From NCBI GenBank assembly GCA_037140955.1, contig JBAXDL010000005.1:12334-76333 (forward strand): 64,000 nucleotides of DNA. The letters are read 5' to 3'. Position numbers and translations under genes: made by a program. Shown here piece after piece: positions 29,630-37,943 of the stretch (its first letter is position 1; each line of letters opens with the position of its first letter). The notes under the pieces were generated by a model, which was given only the letters and a program-made list of their open reading frames with translations, was not told the origin of the DNA and did no database searches. This stretch comes from a bacterium. GTDB taxonomy: Bacteria > Patescibacteriota > Minisyncoccia > Moranbacterales > GWC2-37-73.

Positions 29630-31726
29630 ATGGCTCAAAAAAACGAAATTGCATTTTTTGCAAAAACAAATTTTAGAAATCAAGAAAGAGTTTTCGGCAT
29701 CAAAACTGATGATCGCACTCGACACATGTATATCATTGGAAAGACCGGTATGGGAAAAACAAACCTGCTGGAAAATTTGGTGGTGCAGGACATTAGAAAC
29801 GGTCATGGTATTTGTTATATTGATCCACATGGTGACACGGCTGAAAAATTGCTTAGAGCGATTCCCGCTGAACGCATTAATGATGTTATTTATTTGAATC
29901 CTTCTGATCAAAATTATCCTTTGGCTTTCAACGTGATGGAATCGGTTGATCCTGACTATCGTCACTTGGTGGCATCGGGCTTGATTGGTGTTTTCAAAAA
30001 AATCTGGGCTGATTCCTGGGGACCACGCTTGGAGTATATTTTGCGTAATGCAATTTTGGCACTTTTGGAATATCCTGGGAGCACCTTGCTGGGTGTGACC
30101 AGGATTTTGGTGGACAAGAAATATCGCGAAAGAGTGGTTGAAAAGGTGACTGATCCGGTGATTAGGCAATTTTGGGTGGATGAATTTCCAAAATGGAGTG
30201 ACAAGGTTTTGCAAGAAGTTGTTTCTCCGATTCAAAACAAGGTTGGACAATTCTTGTCATCTTCTTTGATTCGAAACATTGTTGGTCAAACAAAATCTTC
30301 TTTTGACATTCGAAATGCAATGGACACGCAAAAGATTTTGATCATCAATCTTTCCAAAGGAAGAATTGGTGAAGACAATGGTGCGCTTTTGGGAGCCATG
30401 ATGATCACCAAGATTCAATTGGCAGCCATGGGACGCGTGGACATAGCGGAGGCTGATCGTAAAGATTTTTATTTATATGTTGATGAGTTTCAAAATTTTG
30501 CCACAGAATCTTTTGCCAACATTTTGTCTGAAGCTCGAAAATATCGCTTGAATTTGATTTTGGCAAATCAATATATCACTCAAATTGATGAAAAAGTTCG
30601 TGATGCTATTTTTGGTAATGCTGGCACGATCATTTCTTTTCGTGTGGGTGCGATGGATGCTGAATTTTTGGAAAAAGAATTTATGCCAGTTTTTGTGCAA
30701 AATGACATCGTGAATTTGCCAAAATATAACATATATTTGAAGCTCATGATTGATGGAATTGCAGGTGATGCTTTTTCTGCTACTGTTTTGCCACCTGTTT
30801 ACATCGGTGACACGGCTGAAAATGAGGAAAAGATTATTGCAGCTTCGCGTGAGCGTTATGCTTCTAGTAAGGAAGAAGTTGAAGACAAAATTTCACGTTG
30901 GGCTGGTGTGATGCCTGCAGCAGGCTTTACTACTGTCAACAAGGCTCCTGAGCAAGTTGCTCAAAATCCAAATAATATTAAATATGTTCATCCGGTGAGC
31001 AGCCCTCAGCAAAGATCAAATTCAATACAGAATTTTGCTCCAAAAGCAGTTGCTGCCCCAGTTGCACTAAAAGCTCAGCAACCAGTGCGAAATGTTGCCT
31101 CAAGCGCTCCTGTAAGCGCTCCAGTGCCTATTGCTGCTCCTTTGTCTCAAAAATCAGTGCAGCGGCCAGTTGAAGAACAAAAAAAGCCCTATGTGCAGGA
31201 TGATTTGGGGGAATATAATGAAATTCCAAAAAATGAGGCTGTACAATCAATTGCAGCTGAGCCAGAAGAAAATCATGACTATTATGTGAAGCCAATTGAT
31301 GATCGGCCAAAATTTGATGCTGTTTGCGACATGTGCGCGGACAATATTCAAATTCCTTTTGCTCCAGATGGAAAAAGACCAACTTTTTGCAAGGATTGCT
31401 TGAAAGAATATCAACGCATGAATGCTAAGGAGAAATTGAAGCAGGAAGAGAAAATAAAGCGACAGCAAGAAGAAGCGCAGGTTCAAGAGGTGCCAACTGC
31501 TTCGCCAGCAAAAACATATCCAAAAAAGTTTGAAAGCAAGTCTGCTACAAATCAAGCGCCAAGACAAGAAAGAAAAACCGAACACAAGGCTTTTGTTTCT
31601 AAGGATAGGCCCATGTCACTTTCGCAAATGCAGCATATTGCACCCAAGCAATTCAAGCCAACTCGCGTCCGTCCACAAATAAACTTGAGTGAAGTGAGAG
31701 AAATGATTAATAAAAACAAAGAATAG
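29630..31726 (+). CDS. FtsK/HerA-superfamily P-loop ATPase (T4 coupling-protein / DUF87-like) with low-complexity linker and C-terminal C4 zinc ribbon
   Basis: 'RHMYIIGKTGMGKT' Walker A in T4CP-like context, 'IDPHGD', Walker B 'YVDEFQNF', 'RKYRLNLILANQ'; C-terminal 'CDMCADN...FCKDC'. Confidence 0.7.
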   Translation: MAQKNEIAFFAKTNFRNQERVFGIKTDDRTRHMYIIGKTGMGKTNLLENLVVQDIRNGHGICYIDPHGDTAEKLLRAIPAERINDVIYLNPSDQNYPLAFNVMESVDPDYRHLVASGLIGVFKKIWADSWGPRLEYILRNAILALLEYPGSTLLGVTRILVDKKYRERVVEKVTDPVIRQFWVDEFPKWSDKVLQEVVSPIQNKVGQFLSSSLIRNIVGQTKSSFDIRNAMDTQKILIINLSKGRIGEDNGALLGAMMITKIQLAAMGRVDIAEADRKDFYLYVDEFQNFATESFANILSEARKYRLNLILANQYITQIDEKVRDAIFGNAGTIISFRVGAMDAEFLEKEFMPVFVQNDIVNLPKYNIYLKLMIDGIAGDAFSATVLPPVYIGDTAENEEKIIAASRERYASSKEEVEDKISRWAGVMPAAGFTTVNKAPEQVAQNPNNIKYVHPVSSPQQRSNSIQNFAPKAVAAPVALKAQQPVRNVASSAPVSAPVPIAAPLSQKSVQRPVEEQKKPYVQDDLGEYNEIPKNEAVQSIAAEPEENHDYYVKPIDDRPKFDAVCDMCADNIQIPFAPDGKRPTFCKDCLKEYQRMNAKEKLKQEEKIKRQQEEAQVQEVPTASPAKTYPKKFESKSATNQAPRQERKTEHKAFVSKDRPMSLSQMQHIAPKQFKPTRVRPQINLSEVREMINKNKE

Positions 31727-31735
31727 TACTAGTTT

Positions 31736-31767
31736 AAAAAACAACCATCTTATGGTTGTTTTTTTTA
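31736..31767 (+). terminator. strong rho-independent terminator closing the 27227-31726 operon
   Basis: aaacaaccat/atggttgttt stem followed by a T8 run. Confidence 0.7.
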
Positions 31768-31772
31768 AACTA

Positions 31773-31801
31773 TTGACACAATATCAGCATTAATCTATAT
31801 T
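31773..31801 (+). promoter_or_regulatory. sigma70-type promoter (TTGACA-17-TATATT)
   Basis: consensus -35 box, 17-nt spacer, -10 TATATT upstream of the 31914 gene. Confidence 0.45.
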
Positions 31802-31913
31802 GTATTATTGGTTGCAATGATGCAATGCAATGTCCCTTGTTCTTTGATATTTTCGCTGTTATCTGTCAACCCTAAACTGAAGTTGCCCTGCCAAGCAGGG
31901 AAAGGAATTTACC

Positions 31914-32435
31914 ATGAGTATTGTAAATTGGATTGCGTTTGTTGGCCTCTTTTTTGTTATTTTTGCTGGAAATGTTTGGATTGATAAATCAATCATGAAA
32001 AAATGGGTGTTAAAAAGAGGAATAGGTTCGTTTTTCCTCTATGCAGCGTTTGCATTCCTACTTTCCAATTTTTCTGATATTGGTTCATATCTGCACGTTG
32101 AAAAAAATGTGCCATTTGAATGGAAAGAGAATATTTTGGCAAAACAAAGCATCGAAGAAGTTTCTATGAGCAAAGAGAGAGAAGGACATTTATTTTTGGG
32201 TTGTGGAAGTTTTCGTGAACGTGAAACGTTTCGCTACACGGCCAATAATGAAGATGGCTCATATCATCGCGACAAGGTGTACACTTCTGAGTGTGTGGTC
32301 CTGAAGGCTGAAGATGAGAATAGCCAACGGATTGAAAAGGTGCAGGTGGTGCGAGAATACAAGAATAAATCTGACAAGAGTTGGTTCGGGACCAAGATGG
32401 ACAAGAAGGATTCGTTCTATAGGATATATCTATAG
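31914..32435 (+). CDS. hypothetical membrane protein
   Basis: 173-aa ORF with two N-terminal hydrophobic helices. Confidence 0.45.
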   Translation: MSIVNWIAFVGLFFVIFAGNVWIDKSIMKKWVLKRGIGSFFLYAAFAFLLSNFSDIGSYLHVEKNVPFEWKENILAKQSIEEVSMSKEREGHLFLGCGSFRERETFRYTANNEDGSYHRDKVYTSECVVLKAEDENSQRIEKVQVVREYKNKSDKSWFGTKMDKKDSFYRIYL

Positions 32436-32530
32436 GACAAAAAAGTGTAAGTAAATCGAGAGAGATTGAGTTTTAAGTGTGAGTGTTAGTAAATACAAGC
32501 ACTGAGCGTTAGATTAAGCAGCAGGGACCT

Positions 32531-32562
32531 AGAGGCATTGAAAATTCAATGCCTCTTTTTTA
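32531..32562 (+). terminator. rho-independent terminator
   Basis: agaggcattgaa/ttcaatgcctct stem followed by a T-run. Confidence 0.65.
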
Positions 32563-32607
32563 TAAAAATATTTTACAAATGGTGGCATTTCAAGGTAGCA
32601 TTAACAT

Positions 32608-33924
32608 ATGAAACAAAAAACAGCACTCGAAATTTTGAAAATGGGACATAATGTTTTTTTGACTGGTCCAGCCGGTTCTGGCAAAACATTTTTGCTAAAT
32701 GAGTATATTGATTATCTCAAGAAAAATGGCATTGGCGTGGCAGTGACTGCTTCCACTGGGATTGCAGCGACACACATGAATGGTCAAACAATTCATTCAT
32801 GGTCAGGCATGGGGATCAGTGATGTTTTCTTGGAGGATGATTTTGCTAAACTAAAAAAAAGATATTATCATTGCGAACGCTTTAGGCACACCAAAGTGCT
32901 TATTATTGATGAAGTTTCAATGCTTCACGCTCATCAGTTGGACATTGTGAACAATATTTGCAAAAACTTTAAAAACCCAAAACTTCCTTTTGGTGGCTTG
33001 CAGGTTATTTTGTGTGGAGATTTTTTTCAATTGCCGCCGGTTGTGCGAAACGGAAAAAAGGCGCAATTTGTGATTGAATCTGAGGCTTGGATTGAAATGG
33101 ATCCAAAAATTTGTTACTTGGAAGAGCAGCACAGGCAAGAGGATTCTGCTATGTTGAAAATTTTGGCTGATATTCGAGGTAGAGCTTGCGACGAAGAGAC
33201 TATTGATCTTATTTGTTCCCGCCAAAACAAAAATATTAAAAATGGTATTACACCAACAAAGCTGTACACTCATAATGCTAACGTTGATGGTATTAATAAT
33301 TTGGAGCTTAAAAAAATAAATGAAGAACCTAAAATTTTTCAAATGACAACTGCTGGCATTGAACAATTGGCGGCGGTGGTGAAGAAGGGTTGTCTTGCTC
33401 CTGAAACATTGACGTTGAAAAAAGGAGCTGTGGTGATGTTTGTGAAAAACAATTTTGAAAAAGGTTATGTTAATGGAACTCTTGGAAAAATTAAGGATTT
33501 TGATCAAAGCGGGATGCCAATCGTGAAAACCTTTGCCGGCAAAGACATTGTGGCTCTGGCAGAAAAATGGTCAATTGAGGAGGATGGTGAGATGTTGGCA
33601 TCGGTTAGTCAAATTCCGCTGCGCTTGGCCTGGGCGATTACTGTGCACAAAAGTCAGGGAATGACGCTTGATGCTGTTGAAATGGATCTGGGACGTTCTT
33701 TTGAATATGGCATGGGATATGTTGCTCTTTCGCGAGTGAGGACACTTGATGGTATAAAATTGCTAGGAATAAATGATATTGCTTTGGAGGTCAATCCAAT
33801 AGTATTTGAACTGGACAAGGTGCTCAAGGAATTGTCGAATGCGAATTCAAAAGCGACCTTGAAAATGAAAATTAGTGAAAAAAAATCTTTGCAAAAAAAG
33901 TTTTTAGAAAAATGCATAAACTAG
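32608..33924 (+). CDS. Pif1/RecD-like SF1B DNA helicase (AAA_30 + UvrD_C_2 architecture)
   Basis: Walker A 'GPAGSGKTF', 'VLIIDEVSML', 'ILCGDFFQLPPV', 'AITVHKSQGMTLD'. Confidence 0.8.
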   Translation: MKQKTALEILKMGHNVFLTGPAGSGKTFLLNEYIDYLKKNGIGVAVTASTGIAATHMNGQTIHSWSGMGISDVFLEDDFAKLKKRYYHCERFRHTKVLIIDEVSMLHAHQLDIVNNICKNFKNPKLPFGGLQVILCGDFFQLPPVVRNGKKAQFVIESEAWIEMDPKICYLEEQHRQEDSAMLKILADIRGRACDEETIDLICSRQNKNIKNGITPTKLYTHNANVDGINNLELKKINEEPKIFQMTTAGIEQLAAVVKKGCLAPETLTLKKGAVVMFVKNNFEKGYVNGTLGKIKDFDQSGMPIVKTFAGKDIVALAEKWSIEEDGEMLASVSQIPLRLAWAITVHKSQGMTLDAVEMDLGRSFEYGMGYVALSRVRTLDGIKLLGINDIALEVNPIVFELDKVLKELSNANSKATLKMKISEKKSLQKKFLEKCIN

Positions 33925-34020
33925 GCATGAATAATGGTTGATATTATAGTAATTTTTTCTATTGTTGTTTTTTGAAAAATTTGTTATAATAAAAATATCA
34001 AAAAACTTTTAAACAAAAAT

Positions 34021-34530
34021 ATGAAAATAAAAAAACAAGCACCAAAGAAAACAAAAACTGTTCCAAAGAAAAAAGTTGTTTCCAAAGTTCGCACAGTAAC
34101 TTTGACAAAAAAAGTTGTCAAAAAAACAAAGACTGCTCCAGTAGCAAAAGCTGCCCTCAAAAAACACAAAACAATTGCAGCAATAAGAATTGATAGTAGA
34201 AAAGAGGTTACTAGTGTTTTTTCAACTAGTGAAAAAAGAGAACTTAGACATTCCTTGAAACGTTGGACGTATATGGTTCTTGCTTTGACTGTTGGAATTT
34301 TGTCTGCTGGCTTCGTGACTGGTATTTTGGAAAAAATTTATATTGAAAATAATCTTAGAATGGGGCATGAATTGCTGACACATCAATTTTTGGGAATGAG
34401 CATGTTTCTTCTGCCGGTGGCATATATAGTAATCTTTGGAATTGGAATTTGTTTTGGAATCTGGCTTGGCTTTTGGGGTTGGCGGGTGGTATATATCGAA
34501 CACAACCATCGTATTTTTCGCAAAAAATAA
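34021..34530 (+). CDS. protein with histone-H1-like Lys-rich N-terminus and C-terminal TM helices
   Basis: 'KKQAPKKTKTVPKKKVVSK...KKVVKKTKTAP' followed by two hydrophobic helices. Confidence 0.5.
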   Translation: MKIKKQAPKKTKTVPKKKVVSKVRTVTLTKKVVKKTKTAPVAKAALKKHKTIAAIRIDSRKEVTSVFSTSEKRELRHSLKRWTYMVLALTVGILSAGFVTGILEKIYIENNLRMGHELLTHQFLGMSMFLLPVAYIVIFGIGICFGIWLGFWGWRVVYIEHNHRIFRKK

Positions 34531-34650
34531 GTTCTTATAAAGCAGTCTCAAGAAAAAGAGGCTGCTTTTGTTTTGTAAGAAAAATTGATATACTGTTGAC
34601 AAAATCATTAAAACAAGGTATAAATCTCAATACCAGCTAAACTAAACACA

Positions 34651-34740
34651 GAAAGGGGGAAGATGAGTTGTAACTTAAAAAAAGGGGGAGGATGCATTGA
34701 AATTGGCGCTGTCAAAAAAGAAAGGGGAGGTTATGATTAA
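34651..34740 (+). promoter_or_regulatory. leader with three tandem strong SD sequences and a 25-codon uORF that overlaps the main start
   Basis: aaagggggaagATG (34663), aaagggggaggATGcatTGA (34692), aaaggggaggttATG (34733); the uORF stop TAA at 34738-34740 overlaps the main ATG. Confidence 0.45.
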
Positions 34741-35770
34741 CATTGATTTGGATATGGGCATTCACACCATGCGAATGCCACATGGAATCAAGAAGCTTTT
34801 TTTGGATATGATCCAATCATTGGACATTACCCAGGGAAATTTTAAGATTCACTTGGGCAAGAACATTCGAGGAGTTAGTCAGAAGGGTATAAAATTCATT
34901 AAGGTTCTGCCACAGTATTGCGCCATTTGGGTCAAGGCGCAGCCTTCCGGCAAGGAAGGCCGTCATGAATGCACGGTATATTTTCCAGATATTTATAAGA
35001 ATGATCTTGGAAAGTTTGGCGAGCTTCTGCAGTCAAAAGTTGGTCAGGAAGATTGGGCTGATGAAGAGGTTATTCCTGAAGAGGAAATTGCTACAACTAT
35101 GGATGATGTTAAAGCTACCATAATTGATGTTGAACATGTTGAGAATGCTATTATTAGACAGCAACAATATCAAGCTGAAGCATTAATCTTGAGTGCGGAA
35201 ATGCTATCTCTCATTGTCGGTGATATTTTTGAAAAAAAAGGCACTGGCTGGATTTTCAAGAGTGCATTGTTCAAGATTTTGAATAATTTGAAACTGCAAT
35301 ACGCTACTAATAAGTTGATTGGAAGACTTTTCCATTTGGGATATCTTGAAAGAGATCCTGAGAATCTTGAAAAAAGAAGTCGACTGACTCAATCGGCATG
35401 TCTGCTTATCAATGCTCCGATCCCGCTTGACACTGGACACAAGATTGTCATTGGAAGTAGTGAAGATGACTTGAAAGTTTATAATGCTGTAGATTTTCTT
35501 CGAAGGTCGAACGCAATTTATAAAAAGCTTTTAATTAATCAGTCAAAGGCTTTTGATGAACTCGAAAAGCTTAAGTGTGCCGATGAGAAATTGCAAAAAA
35601 GAATCTCACGTCTTGCGGAATTGATGGAAGTGAAGATGCAGGAAAATCTGGTCATGATTAATGAAAAAAGTCTTGAGATAGAAAAAATTTCACAAGGCAT
35701 AACGCCTCGCTTGATTGAGGCATCAAAAAGATTTGAGATTATTATGGCAGATGATCTGCCTCCAGAATAA
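34733..35770 (+). CDS. hypothetical protein
   Basis: 345 aa from an ATG with ideal RBS aaaggggagg; the track ORF begins at an alternative TTG (34697). Confidence 0.55.
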   Translation: MINIDLDMGIHTMRMPHGIKKLFLDMIQSLDITQGNFKIHLGKNIRGVSQKGIKFIKVLPQYCAIWVKAQPSGKEGRHECTVYFPDIYKNDLGKFGELLQSKVGQEDWADEEVIPEEEIATTMDDVKATIIDVEHVENAIIRQQQYQAEALILSAEMLSLIVGDIFEKKGTGWIFKSALFKILNNLKLQYATNKLIGRLFHLGYLERDPENLEKRSRLTQSACLLINAPIPLDTGHKIVIGSSEDDLKVYNAVDFLRRSNAIYKKLLINQSKAFDELEKLKCADEKLQKRISRLAELMEVKMQENLVMINEKSLEIEKISQGITPRLIEASKRFEIIMADDLPPE

Positions 35771-35792
35771 ATTTGTTTAATGTTTATTGTTA

Positions 35793-35827
35793 TAAGCGCA
35801 ACTAAAAAGTTGCGCTTATTTTTTTTG
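35793..35827 (+). terminator. rho-independent terminator
   Basis: taagcgcaact/agttgcgctta stem followed by a T9 run. Confidence 0.7.
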
Positions 35828-35869
35828 AAAAAATTGGTGTTTTCTTGTTTTTAATCGTATGATTGTGGA

Positions 35870-36376
35870 ATGAAAAAGAAAATTATTGTCGTTAATGACA
35901 AAATGCAAAAAAATTATAGTTACGAACTTTCGCAGCCTATGGGGAAAAATTTTGATCCTCTTTTTGCGCCAGAGTTGACACCAAGGCAAATGCTGGAACT
36001 CGGTGTTTTTGGTGGAAAATACATGACAGATTGTCAAAATGAATTTCCGCATGATTGGTTTTCTTTTGCCAAATTGAGCAGCAAAAAACGCGATAAAAAT
36101 CTAAATTTTTTTGGAGTTAATGCTAGTCAGTCTTTGAAGGAATGGCGCCGCAATGGCTGGATTGAGGTTAATGATCCACGCGGGTGGTTTCAATGGTATT
36201 GTAGATATTATATGGGAAGGCGCTGCGGCGATGATATGCGGCAGATAAAGCGCTGGAGGGCTTTTATTAGGCACTATAGTGCGGTTAAGAATAATTGCTT
36301 TGCTTTTGATTTTTCTTGTCGAACTCGTCAACGTCAGGCACTTTTGCATTGGGCCTATGACAGTCGAAAAATATGA
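35870..36376 (+). CDS. conserved hypothetical protein with Trp/Arg/Tyr-rich C-terminal motif
   Basis: 168 aa; 'RGWFQWYCRYYMGRR...RQIKRWRAF'; family not recognised. Confidence 0.5.
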   Translation: MKKKIIVVNDKMQKNYSYELSQPMGKNFDPLFAPELTPRQMLELGVFGGKYMTDCQNEFPHDWFSFAKLSSKKRDKNLNFFGVNASQSLKEWRRNGWIEVNDPRGWFQWYCRYYMGRRCGDDMRQIKRWRAFIRHYSAVKNNCFAFDFSCRTRQRQALLHWAYDSRKI

Positions 36377-36410
36377 TTTTTTGCCTTAGTGTGGCCAAGA
36401 TATGTTGTTA

Positions 36411-36439
36411 TTGACAATTTTACTAAAAAATGTTACTAT
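36411..36439 (+). promoter_or_regulatory. sigma70-type promoter (TTGACA-17-TACTAT)
   Basis: consensus boxes about 70 nt upstream of the M16 peptidase start. Confidence 0.5.
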
Positions 36440-36480
36440 TAAACGTCCTAAAAAGGATTGTTAACTTAAAAACCCAAAGT

Positions 36481-36501
36481 CCACGGACTATAAAAAGGAG
36501 G
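36481..36501 (+). promoter_or_regulatory. conserved 5'-UTR motif (CCACGGACTATAAAAAGGAGG), copy 1
   Basis: 17/17 identity to the core ACGGACTATAAAAAGGA at 37923-37942 upstream of the next peptidase gene. Confidence 0.5.
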
Positions 36502-36507
36502 TTTCAC

Positions 36508-37782
36508 ATGCAAACAGGACTCGAAGGAACACATCGGTTGCACGACACTGCCAGGTTTGCAAGATGTCGGCTAAGTAATGGGATTACAGTTTGGCTGCAA
36601 AAGACGGATATCATGGTTGACCATGAAGGATATTTGTCGATGTTTTTCAAGAACGTTGGATCAGCTAATGATCCGAGAGGCTTGGATGGTCTGGCTCATT
36701 TTTTGGAGCACATGCTATTCAGGAAAAGCTTCACCCATGACAGCGAAACAGCATTGAAAGATTTTGTTGTAAGCAATGGGGGAGAAATTAATGCTCGCAC
36801 CAATGCAGAATTCACTGAGTATTATGTCATGTTGGACACTGCTCATTTTTCAGAGGCCTTGCAATCATTGCATTCCTTGGTTTGTGAGCCAGTTTTCGAT
36901 CTCCAGGATGTTGTCTTGGAATCAAAAATTATTTTACAAGAATTTTTGAAATCAAAGGCTCGTAGCAGCTTCCTTGTAGGTGAGCACATCAGAAGATTCT
37001 TGTTGGCTAAAAACGATCCATTTAATCATGCTGTGCTTGGAAATCCCGCAACGATCAAGAGGATTTCTCAGCAGGATATTTATGATTTTTATCATAAATA
37101 TTATCACACCGGAAATGCAAATATCATTTGCGGTGGGAGCTTTGCTAGAATTCCAAATGTCTTGGAGGAGCTCGAAATGGCATTTGGCATGATGTGCAAA
37201 GGTAAGACATGTGAACCAGTTTTTTATGCTGGCAGTGCAATCAAGAGTGGAAATCATCGCTTTTTGGATAAGCGATATCCAAATGAAAATTTGAGTATAC
37301 AATATTGTTTGCCAGTACTTACCTATGAAGAAAGAATTCCACTCATGCTTTTGCTGGAATCATTAGCAGGCAGGACAGGTGCACCATTTGACACTGAAGT
37401 AAGGATTATGCGCGGTTTGACCTATCATATTGATGCGGAAGTCATCACCAACCATTTTGAGTCATTGATTGACGTCGAATGCGAACTTGATTCAAACAAT
37501 TTTGAATTGGTGAATGAAATATTCCTGGAAAAACTAGCAACCCTTTCAGAGGAATGTATTTTGAAATATGTTAAGTCAATTCAGCAGGAGAGGCTTATTA
37601 AATTTCAGCATCCCATTAGTGCATGTAAAAGTGTTGTTTCGGAAATAGTTTATTTTGGTAAGTCAATCTCTTGTCGCGAGCATGAAAGGCTCATTGACGA
37701 GACAGATATTACTGACATCTTTGCCTGGAAAAATGAACTCCAATCAACAAGGCAGAGAGTCTTGGAATTAAGAATAAAATAG
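36508..37782 (+). CDS. M16-family (pitrilysin/insulinase-like) zinc peptidase
   Basis: inverted zinc motif 'HFLEHMLF' (HxxEH) plus downstream 'NARTNAEFTEYY'; start placed at the ATG with GGAGG RBS (the longer ORF begins at 36430). Confidence 0.8.
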   Translation: MQTGLEGTHRLHDTARFARCRLSNGITVWLQKTDIMVDHEGYLSMFFKNVGSANDPRGLDGLAHFLEHMLFRKSFTHDSETALKDFVVSNGGEINARTNAEFTEYYVMLDTAHFSEALQSLHSLVCEPVFDLQDVVLESKIILQEFLKSKARSSFLVGEHIRRFLLAKNDPFNHAVLGNPATIKRISQQDIYDFYHKYYHTGNANIICGGSFARIPNVLEELEMAFGMMCKGKTCEPVFYAGSAIKSGNHRFLDKRYPNENLSIQYCLPVLTYEERIPLMLLLESLAGRTGAPFDTEVRIMRGLTYHIDAEVITNHFESLIDVECELDSNNFELVNEIFLEKLATLSEECILKYVKSIQQERLIKFQHPISACKSVVSEIVYFGKSISCREHERLIDETDITDIFAWKNELQSTRQRVLELRIK

Positions 37783-37794
37783 TTTTTTGTGCAT

Positions 37795-37829
37795 GGACCG
37801 CTTCGAATTTTCGAAGCGGTCCATTTTTT
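37795..37829 (+). terminator. rho-independent terminator
   Basis: ggaccgcttcgaa/tcgaagcggtcc perfect stem followed by attttttg. Confidence 0.75.
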
Positions 37830-37830
37830 G

Positions 37831-37859
37831 TTGACATATCAAAAAAAATAAGGCATAAT
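37831..37859 (+). promoter_or_regulatory. sigma70-type promoter (TTGACA-17-CATAAT)
   Basis: consensus -35 box directly after the terminator. Confidence 0.45.
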
Positions 37860-37922
37860 TTAAAATCAAAAAGAAAAATAGTCTAACGATTGTCTTTTAA
37901 ATGGTACTTTAAAAATCTAGAG

Positions 37923-37942
37923 TCTACGGACTATAAAAAGGA
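37923..37942 (+). promoter_or_regulatory. conserved 5'-UTR motif (TCTACGGACTATAAAAAGGA), copy 2
   Basis: see copy 1 at 36481. Confidence 0.5.
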
Positions 37943-37943
37943 A

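Noticed and set aside
27227-36376. Calling the 27.2-36.4 kb block an integrated prophage or ICE outright
   Set aside because: No integrase, relaxase, capsid or terminase signatures and no flanking tRNA or direct repeats within the window; reported only as a possible DNA-transfer-related module.
36430-36507. Longer N-terminal extension of the M16 peptidase ORF
   Set aside because: The extension would put the consensus promoter -10 box and the 5'-UTR motif inside the coding sequence; the ATG at 36508 has a perfect GGAGG RBS.
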